Below are positions 17,839 to 27,750 of a stretch of 64,000 nt of DNA, in pieces. Below the pieces are notes generated by a model, which worked only from the letters and a program-made list of their open reading frames with translations, ran no database searches and was not told the origin of the DNA. The translations under genes were made by a program, and so were the position numbers. Each line of letters begins with the position of its first letter. Position 1 is the stretch's first letter. Source of the DNA: Dehalococcoidia bacterium. GTDB lineage: Bacteria > Chloroflexota > Dehalococcoidia > Lucifugimonadales > UBA3495. The stretch covers positions 858,841-922,840 of the forward strand of contig OZ242258.1 of assembly GCA_965207025.1 (NCBI GenBank). Direction: 5' to 3'.

Positions 17839-20800
17839 ATGACCACCCAAACGCCGACCGATACCGCCACCATCGTATTGGTGACCACCGCCGATACGGA
17901 CATCCTGACCGCCGAACGCGCGCTGGTCGGGATGACCTGGGGAGATGGCGTCAGCGTGTACGCCTGCAACCCGGTCTCCCTGGAGGGTGACGGCGAATCT
18001 GCCGGGACTGCCCGCGAGGATTTGTTGCAGGCGGTGGGGCGTTCCTCGGCCGTGGTGCTGCGTCTGCTGGGCGGTCGGCGCGCGCTTGGCGACGTTTTTG
18101 AGCCGCTGGTGGAAATTTGCCGCGCCAACGGCATACCTTTGATTGCCTGCCCCGGTCACCAGGAATGGGACGAGGATCTGGTCACCGCCTGTACCGCGCC
18201 GGTTGCCGAGGTGGAAACCGTATTTTCCTACCTGATGCGCGGCGGCGTGCTCAACTTCCGCAACCTGTTCCTGTTCCTCGCCGATACGTACCTCGGAGCC
18301 GACTATGGACACGAAGCGCCGGCGCCCATGCCGTGGCAAGGCGTGTATCACCCGGAAGTCCCTGAAGGAACCGGCGTCGCCGAGTACATGGCGAACCGGT
18401 TCAAGTCGGATCGCCCGTCAATCGGTGTGCTCTTCTACCGCGCCCATTGGATGAGCGGTAACCTGGCGTTCGTGGATGCCCTCATCGCCCGGCTGGAAGC
18501 CCAGGACGTGAACGTGCTGCCCGTTTTTTCGTACAGCCTTAAGCATCAACCCGAGGAAGATGAAGGAGCGGGAGGGCACACCCTCACGGAATACATGGTG
18601 GACGCGGCCGGCGTACCCCGGGTTGACTGCATCGTCAATACCATGGGCCTCGCCATGAGCGACCTTGACCATCAGCAGGGCGGTACGGGCGCCACCGTGG
18701 CCACCGGCTGGTCTCAGGAACTGCTGGACAAACTCGACGTGCCCATCATCCAGGGCATCGTCAGTACCGGCAGCCGCTCAGAATGGGAGGACAGTTCGCT
18801 GGGCCTGGGCCCCATAGATACGGCGATGAACGTCGCGTTCCCCGAGTTTGACGGCCGCATCATCACCGTTCCCGTGTCGTTCAAGGAAGAGACCGATGCC
18901 GCCGGTAGTGGATTGTCGGCTGGTCGGATGCAACGCTACGTGCCACAGCCGGACCGCATGGACCACCTGGCCCGCCTGGCCGCCCGGCACGCCACGCTCC
19001 GCCGCAAGGGCAACGCCGACAAGCGCGTCGCCATCATCCTGAGCAACTATCCCACCAAGGACGCCCGCATCGGCAACGCGGTCGGCCTTGACACTCCCGC
19101 TTCCGCCATCAATCTCCTTCACGCCCTCAGATCGGCCGGTTACTACGTCGAGGATATACCCGCCGATGGCGACGAGTTGGTGCAGCGCATCATTGCCCGT
19201 TGCAGCAACGACACGGACACGCTGACCGAAGAACAGCTGCGGCTGGCAGCGGGACACGTCGAGCGACGCCAGTACGCGGAGTGGTACGCCGGGTTCCCGG
19301 CGTCGGTGCGGGCCGAACTGCAAGAGGCGTGGGGCGACCTGCCGGGCCATGTGTACCGGACCGGCGATCAGCTGGCCATCGCCGGCGTTCCCATGGGCAA
19401 CGTCTTTGTGGGATTGCAGCCGCCCCGGGGTTTCGGCGAAAACCCCATATCGGTATATCACAACCCCGATTTGACTCCGACGCACCACTACATTGCCTAC
19501 TACCGCTGGATACGTGACGTGTTCGGCGCCGATGCGATGATCCACATCGGCAAACACGGCACGCTGGAGTGGCTCCCCGGCAAGGGCGTGGGCCTGTCCG
19601 CCGCCTGCTATCCCGAGGTTGCGCTGGACGACATCCCGCTGTTCTACCCCTTTATCGTCAACAACCCCGGCGAAGGCACCCAGGCCAAGCGCCGCACCCA
19701 CGCCACCATCATTGACCACCTGATTCCGCCCATGACCACCGCTGACTCCTACGGCGACATCGCCAAGCTGGAGCAGCTGATGGACGAACATTACCAGTGC
19801 CAGACCCTTGATCCGGGGAAACTCCCGACGCTGGAGGCCCAGATCTGGGAAATGGTGCAGCAGGCGGAATTGCACCGCGACCTCGGCGTTGACGAACAGC
19901 CCGACGATTTCGGCGAGTTCATGCTGGAAATCGACGGTTACCTCTGCGAAATCAAGGACGCGCAGATTAAGGACGGGCTGCATACCCTGGGCGAACCTCC
20001 CACGTCCGAGCAAATGGTGGGCCTGCTGTGCGCGTTGACCCGGCTGGACAACGGCGCTGTGCCCAGCCTGCGCCGCTCTCTGGCCGAGGCTTTGGGCTAC
20101 GACTACTACGACCTGCTGGAAAACCCGGCGGCGGCGGTGAACGGCAGTACGCCGGCCGCGCTGACCGCATCAGACGGCGCCGCGCCCATACGCAACGCCG
20201 GCGATGTGATCGAAGCTTTAGAGGGCCTGTGCCGGCAGGCTTACCAGCGCCTGTGCGATGATGGCTTTGCGGCGCATCTCATACCTACCGTAGTGACCGA
20301 CATACTGGGCAAAGCCGACCCTCGCACCGAGGGTGTCCTGTCGTATGTTGGCCAGCACATCTACCCGTCGCTGCTCCGCACCACCGACGAGATTGACAAC
20401 CTGTTGCGGGGACTGGAGGGGCGATTCGTTCCGCCCGGGCCATCGGGAGCGCCGACCCGGGGCATGGTCAACGTTCTGCCTACGGGCCGGAATTTCTACT
20501 CGGTGGACCCGCGCGCGCTGCCTTCCCCTACCGCGTGGGACGTCGGCAAGTCCCTGGGCGACGCGCTGTTACAGAAGTACCTGGACGAAGAGGGCGCGTA
20601 CCCGGAGATGGTCGGCGTCGTGGTCTGGGGTACGTCGGCGATGCGTACCCATGGCGATGACATCGCCCAGATCCTCTACCTGTTGGGAGTCAAACCGATC
20701 TGGCAGGCTGAAAGCCGGCGCGTGAGCGGGTTGGAAGTTATCCCGATCTCTGAGCTTGGTCGCCCCCGCATCGACGTAACCGTTCGCATTAGCGGCTTTT

Positions 20801-21735
20801 TCCGGGACGCCTTCCCCAATCTCATCTACCTGATTGACCAGGCGGTGGCCCTAGCCGCGGCGCAGGACGAGTCCGCCGACCAGAATTTCGTGGTCAAGCA
20901 CGTGCGGGAAGACGCCGAACGCCGCGCGTCTGCGCCGGACGAAGAGGCCACCGAAAGCGCCGGCAACCCGGCCCTGTTCCGGATCTTCGGGAGCAAGCCC
21001 GGATCCTACGGCGCGGGCATCCTCGGCGTGCTGGATGAGCGCAACTGGGAATCGGTTCACGACCTGGCCGAGGTGTACACTGCGTGGGGCGGATACGCCT
21101 ACTCGCGCCAGGACTTCGGGGTTACCGCCCGCAACGAGTTCCGCGCCCGTTTCGGTCAGATCGTCATCGCTGCCAAGAACCAGGACAACCGCGAGCATGA
21201 CGTGTTCGACAGCGACGACTACATGCAGTACCACGGCGGCATGATCGCCACCGTGCGCTCCCTCACCGGGCGCAACCCGCGCCAGTTCTTCGGCGACAGC
21301 AGCGACCCGACCCGCGCTCGCGTGCGCGATTTGCAGGACGAGGCGCGGCGGGTCTTCCGCAGTCGAGTGGTCAACCCCAAGTGGATGCAGTCCATGCAGC
21401 GCCATGGGTACAAGGGCGCATTCGAGCTTGCCGCCACCGTAGATTACATGTTTGGGTATGATGCCACGGCGCAGGTCATTGAGGACTGGATGTACGAGGA
21501 CGTTACGGAAGAATACGTCCTGAATCCAGACATGCAGGAATTTTTCCGGCAGAGCAATCCCTGGGCGCTGCGTGGTATCGTAGAGCGGCTGCTGGAGGCG
21601 GTGCAACGAGGGCTGTGGGAAAACCCGCCGCCGGAAATGCTGGAGCAGCTTCGGCAGATGTACCTGGACCTGGAAACCGACATCGAAGCCCGGCAGGAAG
21701 CCGGCGCAATGCGAAGCCAGGCGCCCGCTACGTGA
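17839..21735 (+). CDS. cobN: cobaltochelatase large subunit CobN
   Basis: About 1298 aa with CobN/Mg-chelatase H-family blocks (HFGKHGTLEWLPGK, VNNPGEGTQAKRR, VNVLPTGRNFYS). It lies directly under the B12 riboswitch. Confidence 0.92.
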   Translation: MTTQTPTDTATIVLVTTADTDILTAERALVGMTWGDGVSVYACNPVSLEGDGESAGTAREDLLQAVGRSSAVVLRLLGGRRALGDVFEPLVEICRANGIPLIACPGHQEWDEDLVTACTAPVAEVETVFSYLMRGGVLNFRNLFLFLADTYLGADYGHEAPAPMPWQGVYHPEVPEGTGVAEYMANRFKSDRPSIGVLFYRAHWMSGNLAFVDALIARLEAQDVNVLPVFSYSLKHQPEEDEGAGGHTLTEYMVDAAGVPRVDCIVNTMGLAMSDLDHQQGGTGATVATGWSQELLDKLDVPIIQGIVSTGSRSEWEDSSLGLGPIDTAMNVAFPEFDGRIITVPVSFKEETDAAGSGLSAGRMQRYVPQPDRMDHLARLAARHATLRRKGNADKRVAIILSNYPTKDARIGNAVGLDTPASAINLLHALRSAGYYVEDIPADGDELVQRIIARCSNDTDTLTEEQLRLAAGHVERRQYAEWYAGFPASVRAELQEAWGDLPGHVYRTGDQLAIAGVPMGNVFVGLQPPRGFGENPISVYHNPDLTPTHHYIAYYRWIRDVFGADAMIHIGKHGTLEWLPGKGVGLSAACYPEVALDDIPLFYPFIVNNPGEGTQAKRRTHATIIDHLIPPMTTADSYGDIAKLEQLMDEHYQCQTLDPGKLPTLEAQIWEMVQQAELHRDLGVDEQPDDFGEFMLEIDGYLCEIKDAQIKDGLHTLGEPPTSEQMVGLLCALTRLDNGAVPSLRRSLAEALGYDYYDLLENPAAAVNGSTPAALTASDGAAPIRNAGDVIEALEGLCRQAYQRLCDDGFAAHLIPTVVTDILGKADPRTEGVLSYVGQHIYPSLLRTTDEIDNLLRGLEGRFVPPGPSGAPTRGMVNVLPTGRNFYSVDPRALPSPTAWDVGKSLGDALLQKYLDEEGAYPEMVGVVVWGTSAMRTHGDDIAQILYLLGVKPIWQAESRRVSGLEVIPISELGRPRIDVTVRISGFFRDAFPNLIYLIDQAVALAAAQDESADQNFVVKHVREDAERRASAPDEEATESAGNPALFRIFGSKPGSYGAGILGVLDERNWESVHDLAEVYTAWGGYAYSRQDFGVTARNEFRARFGQIVIAAKNQDNREHDVFDSDDYMQYHGGMIATVRSLTGRNPRQFFGDSSDPTRARVRDLQDEARRVFRSRVVNPKWMQSMQRHGYKGAFELAATVDYMFGYDATAQVIEDWMYEDVTEEYVLNPDMQEFFRQSNPWALRGIVERLLEAVQRGLWENPPPEMLEQLRQMYLDLETDIEARQEAGAMRSQAPAT

Positions 21736-21751
21736 GCAGGAGGGTAATGCT

Positions 21752-22162
21752 ATGGAAAACACTCTGGATTTGCTCAAGGAACTGACCAGCGACCCCAAGA
21801 TGATGTGGGTAGTAGGTGGCGGTTCCGTGGTCAGCGAGAACCACGCCCACGGCATCAAGGAGCCTGAAGTGCATGGTGGATGGGCCACGATTGAGGCCGA
21901 CAACTGGCACTTCCATCTCCAGCTGGAGCAGATTGACGGAATCCAGTTTGTTGAGGCCACCAGCCACGGCAACCTGAAATCGTACTACGTCCGGTTCTCG
22001 CACAACTGGGACGATACGTTGGTGCGCTGTTACTTTCCCAATCCGTACCTGGATGACAACGAAAAGCGCACTGAATTGCAGCCCGAAAAGTTGCGCGCGT
22101 TTGAAGAGGCGCGCGACCGCTGGGTCGGGAAGGAGGACGACCTGATTTTCGTCGAGCGTTAG
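21752..22162 (+). CDS. hypothetical protein (136 aa) inside the B12-regulated operon
   Basis: Tight spacing: 16 nt after cobN. His-rich core ENHAHGIKEPEVHGGWATIEADNWHFHLQLEQIDGIQFVEATSHG. A faint resemblance to ChuX/HutX-type tetrapyrrole-binding proteins is a recollection only. Confidence 0.55.
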   Translation: MENTLDLLKELTSDPKMMWVVGGGSVVSENHAHGIKEPEVHGGWATIEADNWHFHLQLEQIDGIQFVEATSHGNLKSYYVRFSHNWDDTLVRCYFPNPYLDDNEKRTELQPEKLRAFEEARDRWVGKEDDLIFVER

Positions 22163-22279
22163 GCCACGCTACTGGCGATATTGTCCGCCTGCCGGTATTG
22201 TGCAACCGTCGGCAAGGTACTACAATGCCCGCTATTGATACGACGTAATGCGTCTATCACCACAAAGAGGAGTGAAAAC

Positions 22280-22480
22280 ATGGGTATCATCAACCGCTTC
22301 CTTTCCGCCACCGATACCGCCGCATGGGCGCCGTGGCTCGTCGTTGGCGCCATCGCCCTGTATTTGGTCGGCTACGTTGACGGTGGTGTCCACGCCGCTT
22401 CCATCGGCGCGCCGGGCATCCTGACCACTGTCCACGAGTTCTTCCACCACGCGCGCCACGTCGCGTTCATGTGCCATTAG
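22280..22480 (+). CDS. cbtB: cobalt transporter subunit CbtB
   Basis: 66 aa with one TM segment and a C-terminal HEFFHHARHVAFMCH motif characteristic of CbtB. SD AAGAGGAG is upstream. Confidence 0.8.
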   Translation: MGIINRFLSATDTAAWAPWLVVGAIALYLVGYVDGGVHAASIGAPGILTTVHEFFHHARHVAFMCH

Positions 22481-22488
22481 GCACCAGC

Positions 22489-22525
22489 GCCGGCCCGACT
22501 CCCATGGGGTACGGGCCGGCTTTTT
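22489..22525 (+). terminator. hairpin plus T-tract between cbtB and cbtA
   Basis: GCCGGCCCG (22489-22497) pairs with CGGGCCGGC (22512-22520), followed by TTTTT. Confidence 0.6.
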
Positions 22526-22694
22526 CGTCCGGGATTCCGGACTCACATCTGGCGTTTTTCGCTGCGCGAACGCTGTAGAAGCGTTAGGAGGAGTGCGCCG
22601 CGAATCTGCCTGAGTGGTTTCGCCATTTTTACAAAAACTGGCTGATTTTCGGCTGGTGGACCTGACCAGACAGATTTGCATCGGGAGGTACTCC

Positions 22695-23480
22695 ATGACG
22701 CGTATTTTACCCACTTCTATAGTAATGGGAGTCTTAGTGGGGCTCCTGGTGGCCGCCTACATGAACATCTTCAATGTGCCCGTGATGGAATGGGCGATTG
22801 AGTTGGAAGGCTGCGACAGAGACCGTGCCGGTTGCGCCCAGCAATTGGCTGAGGCTGAAGAAGAAGATCCCCTGCCGCTGGCGTTTCTGACCAGCTTGGG
22901 TGTACAGCGGATCGGCATGAGTTTCGGCCTGGCCGTCATCGGCATTCTCTTCGCTGCCGTATTCACCGGTTTGTACCACCTGATGCGTAACGCCACTCCA
23001 GGCTGGAATCCGTGGGCCTGGGCGGCGGCCGCCGGTCTGCTCGGCTTCTGGGGCGTGTCGATGTACGCCCAACTCAAGTTCCCGCTCAACCCGCCGGGCA
23101 TCGGCGAAGACAGTACGTTGCTGGCACGCCAGGGCTTCCAGTTTCTGTTCATGTTCGTTTCCGGCGTCGCGGTTGCCCTGGTGATCTACGGCGTGGGTCT
23201 GGTCAACCGCAGTTCGGAGGGTGGCGGCCGTTGGATCCGTTACGCCGGCATCGGCATCGCTTACGCGGTGGTCGCCCTGCTGCTGGCCTACGCTGTCCCC
23301 AGCGTGCGTGATGCTGCCCCCGAGTGGCTGCCGCCGGGTCTGACCATCCTGTTCCGCACCTTCACCGCCGTCGGGCATTTCCTGCTCTGGATGGGCATCG
23401 CCTTCGGCACCGTTGGCTACCGCCTCTACCGCGAGCGGAACGCCCACGCCTACCCGCAGTCGTCGGCCACCACGGCCTGA
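22695..23480 (+). CDS. cbtA: cobalt transporter subunit CbtA
   Basis: About 261 aa, multi-TM, adjacent to cbtB in a B12/cobalt context. SD GGGAGG precedes the ATG at 22695. Confidence 0.7.
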   Translation: MTRILPTSIVMGVLVGLLVAAYMNIFNVPVMEWAIELEGCDRDRAGCAQQLAEAEEEDPLPLAFLTSLGVQRIGMSFGLAVIGILFAAVFTGLYHLMRNATPGWNPWAWAAAAGLLGFWGVSMYAQLKFPLNPPGIGEDSTLLARQGFQFLFMFVSGVAVALVIYGVGLVNRSSEGGGRWIRYAGIGIAYAVVALLLAYAVPSVRDAAPEWLPPGLTILFRTFTAVGHFLLWMGIAFGTVGYRLYRERNAHAYPQSSATTA

Positions 23481-23491
23481 CTGGTAGCGCC

Positions 23492-25558
23492 ATGACTGAA
23501 CCCACCGCCGGGCGCGAGCCTCGTTTCCCCTTTACCGCCATCGTCGGCCAAACGCCGATGAAGCGCGCATTGCTGCTCAACGCTATCAACCCGCGCATCG
23601 GCGGCGTGCTGGTGCGCGGCAAAAAGGGAACCGCCAAAAGTACCGCCGTGCGGTCGCTGGCCGCGCTGCTTCCCCAGGTGCCGGTGGTTCCCGGCTGTGC
23701 GTACAGTTGTCAGCCGGAAGCCCCGCAGGAGGTTTGCCATTGGTGCCAGGAGGCCCCTCGGACCGGCGGCAGTGCGGCCCGCCAGGTGCGGATCGTTGAC
23801 CTCCCGGTGGGAGCCACCGAGGACCGCCTGGTCGGCTCCCTGGACATTGAGCAGGCCATCAGGTCCGGCGAAAAGAACTTTGAGCCGGGGCTGATTGCCG
23901 CGGCCCATCGCGGCATCCTTTACATCGACGAGGTTAACCTGCTCAACGACCACCTGGTGGATGTTCTGCTGGATGCCGCCGCAATGGGCCGCAACTACGT
24001 TGAGCGCGAGGGAATTTCCGTCAGCCACGACGCCGAGTTCATGCTGGTTGGCACCATGAACCCGGAGGAGGGCGACCTGCGCCCTCAATTGCTGGACCGT
24101 TTCGGCCTCGCTGTGGAAGTTGACGGCGTGTTCGAGCCGGCGGAGCGGCGTGAAGTAGTGCGCCGGCGTATGGCCTTCGAGTCCGCTCCTTTTGACTTCA
24201 TGGATTCCTGGGCCGAAGCGGAGCAGGCGGAACGGGATCGCCTGTTGTCCAGCCAGCAGTTGCTCGGCGAGGTGATTGTCCCCGATGACATCCTGGAGCT
24301 GATTACCGACATCTGCGCCGAGTACCAGGTGGACGGGCTGCGCGGCGACATCGTGATGTACAAGACCGCCAGCACCATCGCCGCCTATGAAGGCCGCATC
24401 GTGGTTGACGTGGAGGACGTGCGCGAAGCCGCATTGATGGCCCTCCTGCACCGCCAGCGACGCCAGCCGTTCCAGCAACCGCACCTGGTGACCGAGCAAC
24501 TGGACAATATGCTGGAAGATTTCCAGAACCAGCAACGCGACCGTGAGCCGTCCGCCGACAACGACTCCCATCAGGATGACCCCGCCGACGATAGCGATAG
24601 AGAACCCCATCCTCCCGACGAGGAAGCCGAGGATCCTGCAGACGCCGCTCTGGGCGACGAATGGTTCGAAGTCGGCGATCCCTACGCCGTCCAGAACCTC
24701 CAGGTCCAGCCGCCCGACCGCCGCGCTCGCCGTTCGTCGGGACGCCGCGCCACTACCGTTAGCGGCTCATCCACCGGGCGTTACGTGGCTGCCCGTGTCC
24801 CCGATGGCCCGACCGTAGATTTCGCCCTTGACGCTACGCTGAGGGCCGCCGCGCCATACCAGCAATCTCGTCGCCAATCGTCCGACGCCGATTCCGCGGC
24901 CTTGCTGATTGAACCCTGGGACGTTCGGGAGAAAGTCCGCGAGACTCACACCGGCTCATTGATCCTGTTCGTCGTCGATGCCAGCGGCTCCATGGGAGCC
25001 CAGCGGCGGATGGTTGCCGTAAAAGGGGCTGTCATGTCTCTGCTCCTCGACGCCTACCAGCGCCGCGACCGTGTCGGCCTGGTCGCGTTTCGCGGAACCG
25101 GCGCCGAGCTGCTGCTGCCCCCCACCGGCAGCGTCGAGATGGCCCAGTGGCGCCTCCAGGAAATGCCCACCGGCGGACGTACACCTCTCGCCCATGCCCT
25201 GTACGTCGCCATGGAGACGCTGGAAACTGAACGGCTCAAAGACCGCGACGTGCTGCCGCTGCTGGTGTTGCTATCTGACGGGCGCGCCAACGTTTCGCTA
25301 TCGGGCGATCAGCTGACCCAATTGGCGTACGGCGATGCCGAAGTGCATAACCTGGCTCGCACCATCTCCGACGCCAGGATCCCCGCCGTGGTCGTGGACA
25401 CCGAGCAGGACTTCATCAAGTTGGGGCTGGCGCACGGCATTTCGGATGCCATGTCGGCCCGCTACATCAAACTGGATGATCTGGCCGCTGAGAGCCTGGC
25501 CGACGCAGTGCGCCGGGAGTTGCCGGGAGAGGTCTCAACCGCTGCTGTGGTAACATGA
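23492..25558 (+). CDS. ChlI/ChlD-type AAA+ / vWA chelatase subunit (CobN partner)
   Basis: N-terminal AAA+ domain (FPFTAIVGQ, GKKGTAKST, ILYIDEVNLL), an acidic linker (DPADDSDREPHPPDEEAEDPAD), and a C-terminal vWA domain with MIDAS motif (VVDASGSM). Confidence 0.88.
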   Translation: MTEPTAGREPRFPFTAIVGQTPMKRALLLNAINPRIGGVLVRGKKGTAKSTAVRSLAALLPQVPVVPGCAYSCQPEAPQEVCHWCQEAPRTGGSAARQVRIVDLPVGATEDRLVGSLDIEQAIRSGEKNFEPGLIAAAHRGILYIDEVNLLNDHLVDVLLDAAAMGRNYVEREGISVSHDAEFMLVGTMNPEEGDLRPQLLDRFGLAVEVDGVFEPAERREVVRRRMAFESAPFDFMDSWAEAEQAERDRLLSSQQLLGEVIVPDDILELITDICAEYQVDGLRGDIVMYKTASTIAAYEGRIVVDVEDVREAALMALLHRQRRQPFQQPHLVTEQLDNMLEDFQNQQRDREPSADNDSHQDDPADDSDREPHPPDEEAEDPADAALGDEWFEVGDPYAVQNLQVQPPDRRARRSSGRRATTVSGSSTGRYVAARVPDGPTVDFALDATLRAAAPYQQSRRQSSDADSAALLIEPWDVREKVRETHTGSLILFVVDASGSMGAQRRMVAVKGAVMSLLLDAYQRRDRVGLVAFRGTGAELLLPPTGSVEMAQWRLQEMPTGGRTPLAHALYVAMETLETERLKDRDVLPLLVLLSDGRANVSLSGDQLTQLAYGDAEVHNLARTISDARIPAVVVDTEQDFIKLGLAHGISDAMSARYIKLDDLAAESLADAVRRELPGEVSTAAVVT

Positions 25559-25591
25559 TTCAATCCCCAACTTTGACCGCGAGGAGCCACG

Positions 25592-26911
25592 ATGCCGCGC
25601 ACTCTCCCCTACGCCGATATGGATAAAATCCTTTCCCTGTCCAAGCGACGGGGTTTCGTCTTTCAGTCCAGCGAGGTGTACGGCGGGCTGGGGTCAACCT
25701 GGGACTACGGCCCCCTAGGCGTGGAACTCAAGCGCAACGTCAAGGAGGCCTGGTGGCGCTCCGTCGTGTCCGAGCGCGACGACGTGGTGGGCCTGGACGC
25801 CGCGATCCTGATGCACCCCCGCGTTTGGGAAGCCAGCGGCCACGTGGAGAACTTCAGCGACCCGTTGGTGGAGTGTCGTGCGTGCCACCGCCGTTTCCGC
25901 CAGGATCAGTTGGAGACCGTCAATTGCCCCGTATGCGGCGGCGTGTTCACCGAACCGCGCCGGTTCAACCTGATGTTCCGCACCTTCATGGGGCCGGTTG
26001 AGGAATCCAGCGCCGAGGTCTTCCTGCGCCCCGAAACCGCCCAGGGCATCTTCGTCAACTTCCAGAACGTACAGACCGCGACCCGCAAGAAACTGCCCTT
26101 CGGCATCGCCCAGATCGGCAAGGCGTTCCGCAACGAAATCACCCCCGGCAACTTCACCTTCCGCACCCGTGAGTTCGAGCAGATGGAAATCGAGTTCTTC
26201 GTCAAGCCCGGAACCGATGAAGAATGGTTGCAACAGTGGGTGAAGGACCGTTTCGACTGGTACGTGAGCTACGGCATCCGCGCCGAAAACCTCCGGCTCC
26301 GCGAACACGCCGGCGACGAGCTGGCCCACTACGCCAAGGCAACCTACGACATCGAGTATCGCTTTCCCTGGGGCTGGGGTGAGCTGGAAGGCATTGCCGA
26401 CCGCACCGACTTCGACCTGGGCCGGCACAAGGAATTCAGCGGCGAAGACCTGACCTACTTCGACGACGAGATCCACGAACGCTACCTGCCCTACGTCATC
26501 GAGCCATCCGGCGGCGTCGATCGCGCCACGCTGGCATTCTGGCTGGACAGCTATGATGACGAGCCGGACGGCAACGACACTCGCACCGTGCTGCACTTTC
26601 ACCGCGCCCTTGCGCCGGTTACCGTGGCGGTGCTGCCGTTAAGCCGTAACGCCCGCCTCACGCCCACGGCCCGCTCCGTGTATGACCTGGTGCGCCGCCG
26701 ATTCCGCGCCCAGTTCGACGACGCTCAAAGCATCGGCCGACGCTACCGTCGCCAGGACGAAATCGGCACCCCTTACTGCGTAACGGTAGATTTCGACACC
26801 CTGGACGACCAGGCCGTGACGATCCGCGACCGCGACACCATGGTCCAGGAACGCATCCCTATCAGCCACTTGCTGGACGTGCTCCAGGACCGCTACGACC
26901 ATGGCTGGTGA
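25592..26911 (+). CDS. glyQS: glycine--tRNA ligase (homodimeric type)
   Basis: [46 protein letters not shown], and a length of about 439 aa. Confidence 0.92.
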   Translation: MPRTLPYADMDKILSLSKRRGFVFQSSEVYGGLGSTWDYGPLGVELKRNVKEAWWRSVVSERDDVVGLDAAILMHPRVWEASGHVENFSDPLVECRACHRRFRQDQLETVNCPVCGGVFTEPRRFNLMFRTFMGPVEESSAEVFLRPETAQGIFVNFQNVQTATRKKLPFGIAQIGKAFRNEITPGNFTFRTREFEQMEIEFFVKPGTDEEWLQQWVKDRFDWYVSYGIRAENLRLREHAGDELAHYAKATYDIEYRFPWGWGELEGIADRTDFDLGRHKEFSGEDLTYFDDEIHERYLPYVIEPSGGVDRATLAFWLDSYDDEPDGNDTRTVLHFHRALAPVTVAVLPLSRNARLTPTARSVYDLVRRRFRAQFDDAQSIGRRYRRQDEIGTPYCVTVDFDTLDDQAVTIRDRDTMVQERIPISHLLDVLQDRYDHGW

Positions 26912-27739
26912 GTGCAGTCGATGCCGCGCTCCGTCGTTGCCCAGATGCTCCGTACCGGCCTGTACACGGCTATCATCGGCAGATCCGTTCGCTACTACCA
27001 GTCCACGGCGTCCACGATGGATGATGCTGCTCGGTGGGCGCACGATGGGGAAGACGAGGGCGCGGTGGTGGTCGCCGAAACCCAGACTGCCAGTCGGGGC
27101 CGATTGGGTCGCCGCTGGGTATCGGACGCCGGCAACCTCTACTTCTCGGTTCTCTTCCGACCTGACGCATCCACCCTGCCTATGCTCAGCCCGTTGGCCG
27201 GCGTCGCCGTAGCCCGCTCAATCCGGCAGGTGGCCGGGATGTATCCGGCCATCAAGTGGCCCAATGACATAATCATTGATGGCCGCAAGGTCGCCGGCAT
27301 ACTGGCGGAAAGCACGCTATCAGGCCCGCGAATCCAACACGCAGTGGTCGGGGTCGGCGTCAACGTTGCGTTGGACGTATCCGCCGACCCGGAAACTTCG
27401 GAAACCGCGGCCAGCCTTAATGACCTGGCTGGCTCCGAGGTTGACCGCTCCGAGTTGTTGCGCCGCACGTTGCAGCATATGGACGCCCTGTACCTGGACC
27501 TGCGGCGCGGACGCTCGCCCATACCCGAGTGGCGGCGGTGGCTCGACACCCTCGGTCAGCGCGTCGTCGTAACGCACCACGACGTCAGCAATACCGGCCT
27601 GGCCGAAGACGTGGACGAACACGGCAACCTGCTGCTGCGCACCGACGACGGTCAATTGTTGACCCTGACTGCCGGAGACATTACCCTGCGAACGAAAGAA
27701 AAACTCCCTCTCCCCGTTGTGGGAGAGGGGTTGGGGTGA
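26912..27739 (+). CDS. birA: biotin--[acetyl-CoA-carboxylase] ligase (no N-terminal HTH)
   Basis: ETQTASRGRLGRRW and KWPNDIIIDGRKVAGILAE motifs. The last roughly 12 codons lie inside a repeat element. Confidence 0.88.
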   Translation: MQSMPRSVVAQMLRTGLYTAIIGRSVRYYQSTASTMDDAARWAHDGEDEGAVVVAETQTASRGRLGRRWVSDAGNLYFSVLFRPDASTLPMLSPLAGVAVARSIRQVAGMYPAIKWPNDIIIDGRKVAGILAESTLSGPRIQHAVVGVGVNVALDVSADPETSETAASLNDLAGSEVDRSELLRRTLQHMDALYLDLRRGRSPIPEWRRWLDTLGQRVVVTHHDVSNTGLAEDVDEHGNLLLRTDDGQLLTLTAGDITLRTKEKLPLPVVGEGLG

Positions 27740-27743
27740 GGGG
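27704..27743. repeat. palindromic element CTCCCTCTCCCC..TGTGGGAGAGGG..GGGGTGAGGGG (copy 1)
   Basis: Near-identical to 61611-61648. It overlaps the birA stop. Confidence 0.8.
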
Positions 27744-27750
27744 CCGCCCA

